Assembly (NCBI RefSeq): GCF_006345805.1
Contig: NC_043005.1
Span: 58,590,001 to 58,654,000 of the forward strand
Direction: 5' to 3'
DNA length: 64,000 nt
Source of the DNA: Octopus sinensis
Lineage: Eukaryota
Below, piece after piece: positions 12,216 to 27,725 of this stretch (the stretch's first letter is position 1; each line of letters begins with the position of its first letter). Below the pieces are notes generated by a model. The model saw only the letters and a list, made by a program, of their open reading frames with translations, did no database searches and was not told the origin of the DNA. A program made the translations under genes and the position numbers.

Positions 12216-12739
12216 ATAATAATAATAATAATAATAATCATAGTGTTTCAGCCAATCCATTATGATGATGATGATGATGATGGTCGCTTCGGTCAATTTC
12301 CATGTAAGAGTGTTTGAACAAGAGGATTGAAAAAAAATTAGGATTAAAGGATTGGAAAAACAGAGGATTAAAAAAAGAAACTTTATCTATTTGTGATGAA
12401 CGCGTGTATATAATTTCGATAATAACAATAACAATAACAGTAATAATAATGACTTCAAATTTTGCCACAGGGACAAGGAGGCATCCAGTCAATTACATCA
12501 TCTCCAGTGCTCAGTTGGTACTTATTTCATCCATACTGAAAGGATGAAAACCAAAGTTGACCTCGGTGGAATTTGAACTCAGTACAGTGGATTAAATACC
12601 ACTAAGTATTTTGCCTAGCATTCTTACAATTCTGCTAGCTCACTGCCTTAAAATAATAATAATAATAATGATTATATTAATAATTTTATAATATTTGTAT
12701 GCCAGTGTATGTATAGACATAAAATGATTAGGTAGTATA

Positions 12740-12792
<53 letters not shown>

Positions 12793-12802
12793 CATATATA
12801 TA

Positions 12803-13647
12803 CAGGGTGTGATGGTTAAATTGTTGCCATTTTATAATTTCAATTTCATGCATGTGCATTGTTTGTTTGTGATCTTGTTGACTACACAGTATAGTAGGCT
12901 CAGTTGGGCACCGTCTGTGAGAAAAACAGCACCATGATTCAATTCATTCTGTTGGAAGCTCCAATACGAATATTTCAGAGTGTTAGGGCGGCAATCTGAG
13001 CACAGTGTAATCTGAGGACATGTACCAAGAGTGATAAAAATCAAACATCCAGTTAACATCATGGTTTTGGAGTGATAACTAGTGATGGTGGCGTTATGCT
13101 GCGATTCATCTTCCCACATGGCCTAAGACTCAACATGGAAGCCTACATCAAGTGCCTGCAGGCGATAGTGCTGCCCTGGGTCAAGAAGGTGGCTGCTGGA
13201 AGACCCTACGTCTCGCAACAGGACTCTGCACTATGCCATACAAGCAGGAGTACCCAGTCATGGCTGTCAGACAATTTCTGTGACCACATCACTCCTAGCA
13301 TCTGACCACCTAACTCCCCAGACTGCAACCCCCTTGATTATTATGTGTGAGGTGCAGTTGAGCGAGAGAGCAACAAAACTCGTTGTAACACCGAAGATGA
13401 ACTAAAGGCAAGGATTATTGCAGCATTCACCAACTTAAACAAGCAGACCACCCAGAAGAGTTGAAGGAGATTCCAAAGTTGTCTGGAGGCCATGGTTGAA
13501 GCCAATGGCGATTTTCTTGAATAAATTTATTCTTTAGTAGTTCAGAATATTTTTATGTAATTTTGGTAAATATATCTGTCAAAATGAGATGTCAATGTTA
13601 TTTTCATTTTTGCATAATTTAGATGACAGTTTATTCATCATACCCTG
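12803..13647 (+). mobile_element. Internally deleted Tc1/mariner-superfamily DD37D (maT/Bmmar1-like) DNA transposon
   Basis: TIRs CAGGGTGTGATGGTTAAATTGT and ACAGTTTATTCATCATACCCTG, with TA on both sides. The remnant reads VITSDGGVMLRFIFPHGLRLNMEAYIKCLQAIVLPWVK...QQDSALCHTSRSTQSWLSDNFCDHITPSI*PPNSPDCNPLDYYV*GAVE, with 37 residues between the second and third catalytic D. Both TGA stops lie at conserved W positions. The N-terminal half is missing. Confidence 0.9.
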
Positions 13648-16589
13648 TATATATGTATGTGCACGCACACACACACACCTTCATTCTAGTATTTTACTGA
13701 CTATTGTCTTGCTGTCATGTTAGGTCACTACCTTCAAGGGTTTAGTTTAGCATATCAACCCCTGTATATATATTTTATGTTTGACATTTATTTTCACCAA
13801 TATATATTTGTCAGACTTCTATCTCATGGAGCATGAGCAACATCACTGATTTTAAGTGGTACAAAATCTAAGCATGTTTACATTCAAACTCACTGATACA
13901 CATATCTACAAACATACTCATGTACGCACATGGAAACATATACTCTTTTACTTGTTTCAGTCATTTGACTGTGGCCATGCTGGAGCACTGCCTTTAGTTG
14001 AAGAAATTGACCACCAGACTTATTCTTTGTAAGCCTAGTACATATTCTATCGGTCTCTTTTGCCGAAGCGCTAAGTTACGGGGACGTAAACACACCAGCA
14101 TCAGTTGTCAAGTGATGTTGGGGGACAAACATAGACACAACCATATACACACACATATATATACACACATATATACGACAGGCTTCTTTCAGTTTCCGTC
14201 TACCAAATCCACTCACAAGGCTTTGGTCGTCCTGAGGCTGTAGTAGAAGACACTTGCCCTAGGTGCCACACAGTGGGACTGAACCCAGAACCATGTGGTT
14301 GGTAAGCCAGCTACTTACCACACATTCACTCCTGCACCTAGTCTGTGGAGAAATGGCTAAAAATTTGCCATTTATAATTATGCCATATGTTATATGAAAA
14401 AAGAACCATTTGGTTGTGAAGGAAGTTTCTTACCACACAGCTACACCTTACACACACACACACACACACTTATACATATATGACATGGGTCAACCTGGAG
14501 TTTTAGTTGAAGGTACTTGCTCAAGATACTGCACAGTGGAACCGAACTGAAAACTATCTGGTTGTAAAGTGAACTAATTCACCACACAGCCATGCCTGTA
14601 CCAATTATTATATAAATGTATTTTTTCTTTCAAAGATCTTGTCTTTTCTGCCTCTCATGCTGCGATATATAATCTTTCTTGTCAGGTTACTCTTATGTAA
14701 AATTTAGCTTTATTGACGCTGAAAGAAAAAGGAAACTTTCTATTGCTTCACTGTTTGTTTTTGAGAAAAATAATTTTGGTGGTAGATCTTTTCAAATGAA
14801 ATGTTGTTAAGTAATTCAAATACTTTATGAAGTGGAAATATTTTTTTTGTTTTCTGCCTCACTTTCTATTTCAACATTTACAAACTCATTTTCCTGTCAG
14901 TTCTAACAACATTTATATAGAAAATTTTTACGTGCAATTCTTTGTTTTACAAATTGTTTAATTTAATTTTTCTGTATATCTTTTCTTTTTTTATATATTT
15001 TATTTCCCTTGTCATCTTTTTAATATTTTCTTCTTCGCTAACAGATATCAACTAAATAGGATCTGATTTTTTTGAGTTGACAAAACCTAGCTAATACAAT
15101 ATATTTGTGTCAGCTAAATAATTCATTATTTGATAAATATGAAGTGTAAATAAAATTATAGGTAAACTGAGATTTCTTCAAGTTTTTAATTTTATTTTCA
15201 AGTGTAAAGAACAATAGCACAAATCAGCCTTTTCAAAGAAAATGTCTAATTTTCAAATCAGATGTTTGATAAAATAGCTATGTTATACATACAGAAAAAC
15301 AAAAGAAAATGTAGAAAATATAAACGAAAAATGTCAAAATTAATCGGGAGGCAAGAAATGACGTTTTGATTGTTACTTCACAGTTCTTACAATGTTTGCT
15401 TAACAATATTTTTGGGTTGATCTGATTTAGTTTCGTTTCGTTTGATGGTTTCTTCTTTTATCTTGCACATGTTCCTGTCATTGGACTGTGGCCATACTGT
15501 GGCACAAACTAATCAACCCCATTACTGAGTTTTATGTCATGGTGTGGTGGGGGGTGGGGGGGCATTATGCCAATAATAATAAACACACACACTGGTTCAA
15601 TATCACTTCTTAATTGTTTGTCAGTTGGTTTGATCATGTATAATGCTGACTAAATGTGCTATCTGAAAAATTTCAAATGTTTCCCGTCATGCCAGATCAT
15701 GTGACAAGTTTTCCCGTACCCTGACAGCCTCACTTTCCTCTTGTTCCCTACCTTCATCTGTCATAGGAGTGACCACACTTGCTCTCTTTAATATGAAGTT
15801 TTCATATCAGTTCAAATTCTGCTGTGACATACCTTGTCTTTCATTCTTTCAGCATTGATGCAATAAATACCAGTTGAGTACTGGGGCCTATGCAACCGAT
15901 TAGCAATCTCCCCCAAAATTTCAGATCTTGTGCCTATAGTAAATAGGTTTATGAAGTTTTGTGTTTTAGTATTTGTGTGGTCACTACAGATTTGAGCGAG
16001 CACTTTAGGCAATCACCAGTTTGCATAACACATCACCCCTCCTGTCCTGATTAATCTCAGATCCTTCTTTTTATATTGGTTCCAAATTTCATCACAAGGC
16101 CAGCAGTTTTAGGGAAGGAGCTAAGTTGAATACACTTACTACAGTGCTCAACTGGTACTTATTGTATCAACCCTGAAACAATGAAAGGCAAAGTTAAACC
16201 TCAAAATGTAAAGTCAGATGAAATACCTCTAAGCATTTTCCTCGACTTTCTAACTGTTCTACCAGTTAGCTGTATCACTTGTTTCTTTTTTTTATATATA
16301 ATAATTGTGGGACTACATAATCAAATCAGATTAGTCATTTATGATTGTTCAGTATACATTTAATTAGGTTTAATTAAAATGTTGGCAGAAGTTTATTGTC
16401 GAAATCAAGGTAGGTTGAAATTTATAGCACATTATTGCATCAATACACATACATAAACATACACACACTGATACTCACACACACACACGAACACACACAT
16501 GAACACACACATACACACACACACACTCAGGTATGTATGTATGTATATAGGTATGTATATATATATGTATATATATATGTTTGTATATA

Positions 16590-16599
16590 TATATGTGTG

Positions 16600-16643
<44 letters not shown>

Positions 16644-16770
16644 AATACACACATCTCTGTACACACACAAACACAACACACACATACACATGTATGTATG
16701 TATGTATATATATATATATACACACATATATATTTATATGTATATGTATATATATCTATATCTATCTATC

Positions 16771-16826
<56 letters not shown>

Positions 16827-17377
16827 ATTATCTTATTTAGGGTTAAAAGTTCTATTGCCACCACCATCACCACTAGCAACAATAATTAAGGTGCTGACAA
16901 TGATGATGATGACAATTGAAATATAAAAATCCCTGACAAAGGCTATTTACAACATTTCTAAAGATAGCCCAACAATTGCTGCCTCAGCCAGGGTTAATAT
17001 ACAGGACTCTTGACATGTTCAACAAAGCATGACACCTAAACCAATCAGCTTAGGTAATTGAGTGATGCTACACACTGATTGGTCAGAATACAGTTTGCAA
17101 AACCTAGCAATCTGGAGCCTACACAGGTGTATTTAAGGCACAGATTTAACCATCTCGCTACAGTTAAAAATTGTGAAGCATGACTGTCACCACTACTACA
17201 TGAACCTGAAGATTGCATAATTTAATGCATGAAAGTACTAGTTCAATCAGAATGAACAATTAACATTCTATTATTTTATTTTATTTTATTATATTATATT
17301 ATATTATATTATATTATATCATTATAAGATTGTACATAAAACGTGAAAATCAGACAAGGTTGGAATTCCTTTTATTA

Positions 17378-17455
<78 letters not shown>

Positions 17456-18200
17456 CACATATATATATAGGTGCAGGAATGGCTGTGTGTTTAAGAAACT
17501 TGCTTCCTAGCCACATGGTTTAGGGTTCAGTCCTACTGTGTGGTACCTTGGGCAAGTGTCTTTTACTATAGTCTCAGGCCAACCAAGGACTTGTGAGTCG
17601 ATTTGATAAACGGAAACTGAAAGATGTCCATTGTTTATATAGTTTATATATATGTTTATGTATCTATGTGTGTGTCTTTGTGTCTGTGTCCCCCCACCCA
17701 CCATTACCACTTAACAAATGGTATTGGTATGTTTACATCCTTGTAAGTTAGTGGTTCAACAAAAGAGACTGATAGATAAGTATCAGGCTTAAAAATAAGT
17801 GCTGGGGTCGATTCATCTGACTAAAAATTCAAGGCAATACCCTAACATAGCCGCAGTCTAATGACTGAAACAAGTTAAAGATAACAGATAATATATATAT
17901 ATATATATATTTAGGAGAGAGAGGGTTAGAGAGAGATACTATGTAGATATACATGTGCGTGTGTGCGTGCACACACACATACACATAAAAATATACATAT
18001 ATTGTATGCATTCATATACTCATAGCTATGGGATTTTGGAACAACAGTGTTTCAACCTTGTTGCCTGTCTCATCAGCCAAAGTTACCCAAGGTAGTGATA
18101 TTTTCAAGTGTTTTTGGCTCTTGCTTATAGTTTCAGCAAACAAATTATATTCATCTTTATTAGCAATATATAAATATAAATATATGTATATATACATATA

Positions 18201-18252
<52 letters not shown>

Positions 18253-18313
18253 AATACACACATCTCTGTACACACACAAACACAACACACACATACACAT
18301 GTATGTATGTATG

Positions 18314-18346
<33 letters not shown>

Positions 18347-18379
18347 GTATATATATCTATATCTATCTATCTATCTATC

Positions 18380-18435
<56 letters not shown>

Positions 18436-18985
18436 ATTATCTTATTTAGGGTTAAAAGTTCTATTGCCACCACCATCACCACTAGCAACAATAATTAAGG
18501 TGCTGACAATGATGATGATGACAATTGAAATATAAAAATCCCTGACAAAGGCTATTTACAACATTTCTAAAGATAGCCCAACAATTGCTGCCTCAGCCAG
18601 GGTTAATATACAGGACTCTTGACATGTTCAACAAAGCATGACACCTAAACCAATCAGCTTAAGTAATTGAGTGATGCTACACACTGATTGGTCAGAATAC
18701 AGTTTGCAAAACCTAGCAATCTGGAGCCTACACAGGTGTATTTAAGGCACAGATTTAACCATCTCGCTACAGTTAAAAATTGTGAAGCATGACTGTCACC
18801 ACTACTACATGAACCTGAAGATTGCATAATTTGATGCATGAAAGTACTAGTTCAATCAGAATGAACAATTAACATTCTATTATTTTATTTTATTTTATTA
18901 TATATATTATATTATATTATATTATATCATTATAAGATTGTACATAAAACGTGAAAATCAGACAAGGTTGGAATTCCTTTTATTA

Positions 18986-19062
<77 letters not shown>

Positions 19063-19830
19063 CACATATATATATAGGTGCAGGAATGGCTGTGTGTTTA
19101 AGAAACTTGCTTCCTAGCCACATGGTTTAGGGTTCAGTCCTACTGTGTGGTACCTTGGGCAAGTGTCTTTTACTATAGTCTCAGGCCAACCAAGGACTTG
19201 TGAGTCGATTTGATAAACGGAAACTGAAAGATGTCCATTGTTTATATAGTTTATATATATGTTTATGTATCTATGTGTGTGTCTTTGTGTCTGTGTCCCC
19301 CCACCCACCATTACCACTTAACAAATGGTATTGGTATGTTTACATCCTTGTAAGTTAGTGGTTCAACAAAAGAGACTGATAGAATAAGTATCAGGCTTAA
19401 AAAATAAGTGCTGGGGTCGATTCATCTGACTAAAAATTCAAGGCAATACCCTAACATAGCCGCAGTCTAATGACTGAAACAAGTTAAAGATAACAGATAA
19501 TATATATATATATATATATTTAGGGAGAGAGAGGGTTAGAGAGAGATACTATGTAGATATACATGTGCGTGTGTGCGTGCACACACACATACACATAAAA
19601 ATATACATATATTGTATGCATTCATATACTCATAGCTATGGGATTTTGGAACAACAGTGTTTCAACCTTGTTGCCTGTCTCATCAGCCAAAGTTACCCAA
19701 GGTAGTGATATTTTCAAGTGTTTTTGGCTCTTGCTTATAGGTTTCAGCAAACAAATTATATTCATCTTTATTAGCAATATATAAATATAAATATATGTAT
19801 ATATACATATATGTGTGTGTGTATATATAT
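16590..19830. repeat. Near-identical tandem duplication, period about 1.61 kb
   Basis: 16590-18220 matches 18200-19830. The copies differ by at least two substitutions, several 1-bp indels and microsatellite lengths. The junction lies in a (TG)n(TA)n tract. Confidence 0.92.
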
Positions 19831-20126
19831 TATACATATATAATATAATTGTATGTTATACATATATATACATATGCATACACACACACATACATATGCA
19901 TACACACACACACTCACACACATACACACACATATGCACGTATTCTATTTCTGAGTGGCATATAGATCCTGATAAATGAACATGTTAGTCTTCTTCAAGA
20001 ATGATATAAATGTGTATTGTATTATTTTTTATACATAGTAACATACATACATGCGTAACGATATAGACACATAATGCACACACACACATATACACATATA
20101 TACATGCATACATATATAGATATGTC

Positions 20127-20177
<51 letters not shown>

Positions 20178-20314
20178 ATATGTATAAGTATGTGTGTAAG
20201 TTTATATATATATATATATATAATTATTAATAAAATACAGAAAACATTTTATGCTTTTTACATGTCACACTTTACATTGTATATATATGTTTATATATAT
20301 ATATACATATATAA

Positions 20315-20373
<59 letters not shown>

Positions 20374-21069
20374 CTTATATATATTGATACATATATTTTA
20401 AAAATCTTAAATCCATGTATTGCTATATTTATAGCTGTATGCACAAAAGTACATATATGATTATTTCATTAGTTGTATGGTATCGCATTGTCAAGGAAAC
20501 GGAAAATATGGCATTGTAATTCTATTTTCTTTTGTATTTGCTATTGTTTTGTTTGCTGCCCTTGTGTCAAATACACAAGAGATAATTTTCATCATCATCA
20601 TCATCATCACAATTACCATTACCTCCCCACAACCTTGTCATTGTCGTGGTTCTTTTTATTATTATTATTATATATATTGTATTATATTTGTACACATACA
20701 TACATATATATATATATATACTTATGTATATATATATGTATGTGTGTGTGTGTGTGCATATATGTGTGTTTGTGCTTGCATGTGCTTGTGCTTGCATGTG
20801 TGTGTGTTTGCGTATACACATATATATAGACACTCAGAGGCATACATATACATATATATATATATGCATACATAAATAAATCACTGTCATAATATATTTA
20901 TCACTGCACAACAAAAGTACACTAATATGTGAATATCTTATTAGTTGCGTTATATATTATTATCAAGAAACGTTAGCACAGCAGGTGAAATGTTTAGTGG
21001 CATTTCTTTTGCCCCTTTATGTCCTGAGTTCAACTTCCACGAAGGTCAGTTGTGGGCAATAAAGAAATA

Positions 21070-21830
21070 AGTGTAGGTGTAAGACAAGAATCCCCTGACT
21101 GAATGAATCTGCTCTGAACATGCACTTGTAGATAGAGAGAGGAGGAAAGAGAAAGAACGAAATTACCCTGGTGGTTTGGGTAGCTATGGATTGGGGTTCT
21201 CTGTATGAGCAGCCCTTGGCAATCTTTTGTACCCTCTGTAATTTTGTCATGGCATTTTCTGTATTTCTGGACCAATGTTAAACATCTGCTAATTGCATGT
21301 TTAATTGTTTCTGGTGAGTTTCCATGCAAACTAGACAGGCATAGCTATACTGCCTTATCAATGCTATACTTGATTGAATTAATTTGCAAAGCTAGTTCTT
21401 GAGCAGTAAGAATCAAACCATCTGTCTCCTAAGCATACATCCCTGTCTGAACCATCTCCTTCATCAGCTAAATTTGATGTTTGTTGGGCAAACTCTCTAT
21501 TTAGAATTTATTCTTTTCAGTTGTTAATCATTTTTTCCATTAAGTCCTCTTTGTCATCACTAATTACCCCACTTCATTTCTAAGTCAGTCATGCAATGAT
21601 TAGCTTCCCTTTCTAACACTCTCCTTTATTCCAAAGAATCATTTCTTTTCTTCCTTATTTGCTTCAATACTTCTAGTATAAAGGCATCTGTGCATGGACA
21701 TTATCTTTCTAGTTTTTCTGTTCACATTGACTTTTTTTTTTAACCATTCCACAACTCTCACACTTTAGTGGACAAAGACAGGATACTTGATGCTTAGAGC
21801 TTTGTTAGGTTCTCATATCGCTCTGCCAGT
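21070..21830 (-). mobile_element. Old, heavily degraded RLE-clade LINE fragment (RT thumb to zinc knuckle)
   Basis: Minus frames read RKTRKIMSMH, ETDGLILTAQELALQINSIKYSIDK and ETIKHAISRCLTLVQKYRKCHDKI, paralleling the younger copy at 54.4 kb. There are many stops. Confidence 0.6.
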
Positions 21831-23236
21831 CAGTATGGCCATTGGAAGTTTCACTTTGGCATTCTGTAGAGGATTTGTGGCAGGCAGGTACAACATTATT
21901 TGGAAGACACTGGGAATTGACAAAACTAAACTGTTGAGACTTTTGGACTGGGGCCCATGGGCAATTCCCAGAAATCCCTGGTCTGGCAGTACTACTGGAG
22001 GGCATTGCTAGCTTGAGGTAAACTTTACTGGCATAAGTGCTCCCAGTCTTGCTTGTGTGAGATGCGCTCAAAACAATTAAACTGTGCCACAATTACTTAT
22101 CCAGGGCCTGAATGTTTCTGATTTGTGTAGTTATGTCAAACACCAACTCTCACAGAAGGATAGATATGGTTATTAGCTGAGCCTGTCACATGTAGTAAGA
22201 ACATGGCTATCAGCTATGTGCATTGTAAAGATCATTTTGCCACTTTCCTTTGGTTGGAAGGACAAGCAGTCTGTCTGTATGGTGTTTTTAGAAAAAGAGG
22301 TGTGGCAGATAAAACTGAAAGGGCTAAAGACAGACATCTTCCTTTTTTCCCAAATCCTCATTGACTTCTTCAAGATTAATTTGAAAAGGATAGTAGGGTG
22401 TGAAAGGAGAAATGCTGTCTACATTCAAGTTTGTTGACTGGTGGAGGTGTGCAACAAGAATGGTCTAACTGAATGAGCCTACTCTGAGCATACGTGCATA
22501 CACTTGTTGATTGTGAGAGGAGGATAAAGTAAAAGGAAACTTGCCCTAATAGTTTCGATGACCATGGTTTTGGGTTCTTTCTATGAGCAACCTATTAAAG
22601 TCCTCTCTCTTTTGAAGAATTATTCTTGTACCTTCGTTTTAGTTATTTTACTGTTCACATGCTTTTATGTAATGTATTGTAATGTGTTGTCCTGTACAGT
22701 CCTTGATCTTTTTGTTAAATCTGAGTGGTTAATAATGAGGATGTTACTATCATTATTATCATTTTATTTTAAGGTGGAGGGCTGGCAGAGTTGTTAGCAT
22801 GCTGGACGAACTGTTACATGGTATTTTGTCCATTGCTACATTCTGAGTTCAAATTCTGCTGAGTTCAGCTTTGCCTTTCATCCTTTCGGGATCAATAAAC
22901 TAAGTACCAGTTATGCACTGGGATCGATGTAATTGACTAGCTCCCTCATCCAAAATTTTAGGCCTTGTGCCTATAGTAGAAAGGATTATTATCTTTATTT
23001 TTATTATCATTTGGCATTAGGAAGGGAATTCAGCCTTTTGGTGGTTGGAGGGGCATCCAGCCATTCAGCATTGGGAAGGGCATCCAGCTGCAGTAACCAT
23101 GCCACTACAGATAGCTGGAGTCTGGACAGCTCCTGGCTAACCAGCTCCATGTCAAACCATCCAACCCATGCCAACATGGAAAGCAGACATTAAACAATGA
23201 TGAAGATGATGATGATGATGATGATATTGATTATTA

Positions 23237-23285
<49 letters not shown>

Positions 23286-23496
23286 GGCTTTTATGGCTTT
23301 TATGGGTTTTTTCACGAGTAACCTTTCGAAGCGCCTCCCCCTATTGGGAGTTTTATTTGCTATATTTTCCATTGTTATCTTGAATGTTTACACGGACCTT
23401 TCTTTTTGGACAAAACTCTTTGTACTTTTCATTCTGTTTTTTTCTTTACATGTTTTTTGACTTATGTTAGCCCTTGTGGCTAATAAACCAGAATTA

Positions 23497-23543
<47 letters not shown>

Positions 23544-23949
23544 CATCACTATTATTATTATGTGATGATGCATGGCTTAGTGGTTAGGGTGTTGCACTGA
23601 CAGCTTTGAGATCGTGGTTTCAGTTCCTGGACTGGGTGGTGCATGGTGTTCTTGATACAAAACACTTCATCTCACATTGCTCACTTCTAGACCCGATGCA
23701 TGGCACACTGTGCATCTGTTAGGGTGACATCAATTTGACGGAGAGAATGAACTAATGTATATCACATGCCTTTGATCACTATAAACAAATAATTTGTGGA
23801 GGCCATTTGGCAAGGGCTGAACATTCATACCTCATCTTCAATGGCAGAATCCATCATCATTGTTGCCATCTTCCGCCTCCTCCTCATCATTATCCTTATC
23901 ATTATCATTATTATTAATACCATTATCCTCATCATTATCATCATTATTA

Positions 23950-24000
<51 letters not shown>

Positions 24001-24023
24001 CATTATTATTATTATTATTATCA

Positions 24024-24081
<58 letters not shown>

Positions 24082-24251
24082 CATCATCATCATCATCATT
24101 ATTATTACTTCCAACACTTTCTACAGAATTTTATTTCTCAGATTGTTTATATGTTTCTATATTTGCTTGCATATCAAAATTATCTTACTTTTTATTTATT
24201 TTTTTTTTTGTTATACATTTCTTTTAGTTTCGTTTTGCTTCTTCTTATGTT

Positions 24252-24290
<39 letters not shown>

Positions 24291-24637
24291 TCCAACTAAC
24301 CCTGACTACTAACTACATCCGCATTGCAATATCTCAAACTGTCTGCTGGAATCACTGTTTATTTTTATCAAGGACTTCTGCCTCTGTACCAGTGAAACGT
24401 TGCAAGATGAATTGTGTAATATAATGGGATGGAGGGTAGTGGTAGTGGTAATGGTTAGTGGTAGTGGTGGGAAGTGAAAGACAATGCTTCAATGGTAATT
24501 GGCAACAAATTGGAAAGCATCGGGGGGGTTCAGGGGTGATGGTGGTGGAGAAAAAGGCATAAAAACGTGCAGTAATAGCTTTTTTCCATTTGTAGCATTA
24601 TTATAATTGTTGTTGGTGTTCTTTGTCACTATCATCA

Positions 24638-24685
<48 letters not shown>

Positions 24686-26583
24686 TATTATTTATTATTA
24701 TTATTATTATTAAGATTTTTATCATTTTTGTATTGGCATTAATATCATTATTATTTTTTACTTTTTGCTTCCCCTTTTTTTACCTGTTCTTTTTTTATTT
24801 TTCTTTGTTGCTTCTTTTTGTTGTTGTTGTTGGCATTTATCATCATCGTCATCATCGTCGTCATCATCATCATCATCATCAATGTCATTGTTGTTATCAT
24901 CATCATCATCGTCGTCGTCGCCATTGTCATAATTATCATCATCAGTGTCAGCATCATCATCTGCATCATCGTCGTCGTCGTCGTCATCATCATCATCATC
25001 ATCATTTGCCCTGTGGCATATCTTGCATGCTGATAGATAGATAATAGTTTTTGTTTATATGTTTACAAAAAGAAAAAAACACACTGAAACACATCATCAA
25101 CACTAATAGAAAAAAAAGAAAACATGAAAAGAAACAGAAAAAGCAACAAAGAAGATGAAAGAAACCCCACAATTGTATGCTGTCACTCTAGTTTATTTAT
25201 TTATCTTTTATATTCTCTTATTTATTTACTTTTTTTCAATCATTTAGTTTGTGCCCATGCTGGAGCACCACCACCATCATCATCATCGTCATCGTCGTCA
25301 TCATCATCATCATCATCATCACATTGTTTAACATCCTTCTTCCGTGCTGGCACTGGTTGGACGGTTTGACAGGGGCTGGCCTAGCAGAAGCCTGCACCGT
25401 GCTTCTGTGTCTGTTTTCTTTTTTAGGGGCTGGATGCCCATTCTAATATCAACTAATCCACAGAAGAATTTTTTTTAGTTTTTTTCAACTCAAACTTACA
25501 CCAGTACTTACATTTTAAAGTCTAGTTCTTGTTATTTTTGCATTGGTCTTCTTTTGTAGAAGGGCAAAGTTACAGGGCCATAAACAAACCAAAACCTGTT
25601 GTCAAGTAGCGAGACAGAAACACAAAGATGCATACAAACATGTACACATGTAAATGCATGTACACATACAAGCACACATAACAAGCTTCCACACAGTTTC
25701 CAGCTTCCATATTTACTTGTAAGTTATAACAGAAGATACTTGCCCAAGAGATAAAATATTACAGCCCTGATTAGACAAATATGGTTCTTAAAGAAAAGCA
25801 CCACAAACTAAAACATAAAGTGGAAAATGATGGAGAAGTGCAAGTCATATTTTAACAGCAGTAGAGAATGCTGATTATGTTTAGCTAAGAAATTATTCAT
25901 ATTAAAAAATTCTCAGTTCCCAAACATCCACCAAAACTACAGAAGTGAGATTTTTTACTCTTACCCACATAAAAGAAGGTATATATTTTCATACATATGG
26001 GCCTCATCATGACCATAGCCACTAGGCTTGCCACTGGGCCTCCAGCTATCATGTCTTGAGAATCCAGTCAAGAGTTTAACCAAAACAGGAACAAACACAA
26101 AAATCCACCTAAACATGGGCTTAAATGCTCAAACACCATACGCCTAGAAATACCAACACATAAAAACCCTTAAATTCCAACTTTACACAAATACCAACCC
26201 TTAACCCATACACATATTTTCAGAAAAACCCTTGTATCTAAGAGACTTTGGGGCCAAGGGACATAACTCTTTATAAATCCCTTGCTCATTTTGCCATGCA
26301 TGGCATTGTTTTGTCTTTTTTTACAGCACTCACAAGCTAGATGTGACTTGTTTTACCTCCAGCAACAGAGAACAGTAACCATCATTTTTAACCACACCAG
26401 CCATCCCTGAAGAGCACACAGTATTATCTAACCACGCTGTTATCTAACATCCAGCTTTAGTACCCAGTGCAAAATTCATTGATAAGATTGGTTGTAATGG
26501 ATCTATAATACTGTATACTTTAATTATGTGTATGTGTGTGTGTGTGTGTGTGTGCATGTGTGTATATATATATATATATATAT

Positions 26584-27272
26584 ACTAGACTACCCGTGAC
26601 TTGTGACCCATTGGGTCACTGGGTATGACTGAGTTTCCCAGCCACAGAGTTTTGTTTCATGGGCTTTTTCCTTTTCCATGTTATTTAGCATGCTTTCAAT
26701 GAATGTGACATCAAAATCATGCGTAAATGGCTCTTTTCCATAGAAAAGGAAAGATTTGGCAGCTATTTCTTGCATGTCTTGCTACCATTTTACAGGTATT
26801 TTGGGTCCTTTATTGCGAATAGCTATTATGTGTTAGCAGGACGTGCCAGAAATAGCAGCCAAATGTTTGGAGGTGAGATACGTTGAATGCATTCGAAAGA
26901 AACCTATGGGAAAAAACTATTTCACACTGAGGTTATGAATGGGCCTTTTACAAAATATTTACCGTATTTTTAAAGTCATTTTCACTTTAAAATATTCTAC
27001 CAATCATAATGTGTCTAATGGAAAGGTTAGAGTTTCTTCCCTTTTAGGGTTAAATTATTTCTGAAGCATTTTCCCATTATGCACCATTTTGGGTATTTAT
27101 ACCCCCAAACTCTGTATATCTTAATAATCACTGGTCCAATTTACATGAAGCTTGTTTTATTCCATTTGTATTCACATTTCAGGGGAACTTTACTTTCAAA
27201 GTATTTTCCCATTATGCATCAGTTTGGCTGTGTAACATTGCAAGCAAGACTGATCTTCATTTTTAATGTATT

Positions 27273-27277
<5 letters not shown>
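26584..27277 (+). mobile_element. Second Helentron/DINE-like family
   Basis: Starts actagactacccgtgac...gtcactgggta (nested hairpin with tgaccc-att-gggtca) and ends cttcatttttaatgtattatagat, running into an (AGAT)n array. Class by analogy. Confidence 0.45.
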
Positions 27278-27323
<46 letters not shown>

Positions 27324-27725
27324 CATCAATACATACATATATATACATACACACATACACATACATACACACTCATGCAGACATACATGTATCTGTGTTT
27401 CTGTGTGCTTGTGCTTGTCCACTGCTACCTTTAGGCAACAGGTGTTGGTCTGATTTTGTCCTATAATTTGGCATTTTGGCAAATGTGACAACAAGAATAA
27501 GCACCAGACCCAGACTTAAATATAAGTAGTGGGGCTGATTGGTGGGACTAAACCCTTCAAGGCATTGCCTCAGCATGACTGCAGTCCAATGACTGAAACA
27601 AGTAAAAGACAGAAGCTAATAGAAACAAATTAAAAAAAACAATAGAAAACTTAACAAAAGCCCATTGCAGCAATCTCCTAATATAATAATGAGTGTAGTG
27701 TTTTTTTTATATACTTGTATATATG

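Noticed and set aside
18012-18165. Exon candidates in the duplicated unit (plus 18026-18091; minus ANKDEY...FQNP frame)
   Set aside because: The splice sites are weak or ambiguous, all readings lack recognisable homology, and the minus frame is broken in the second copy.
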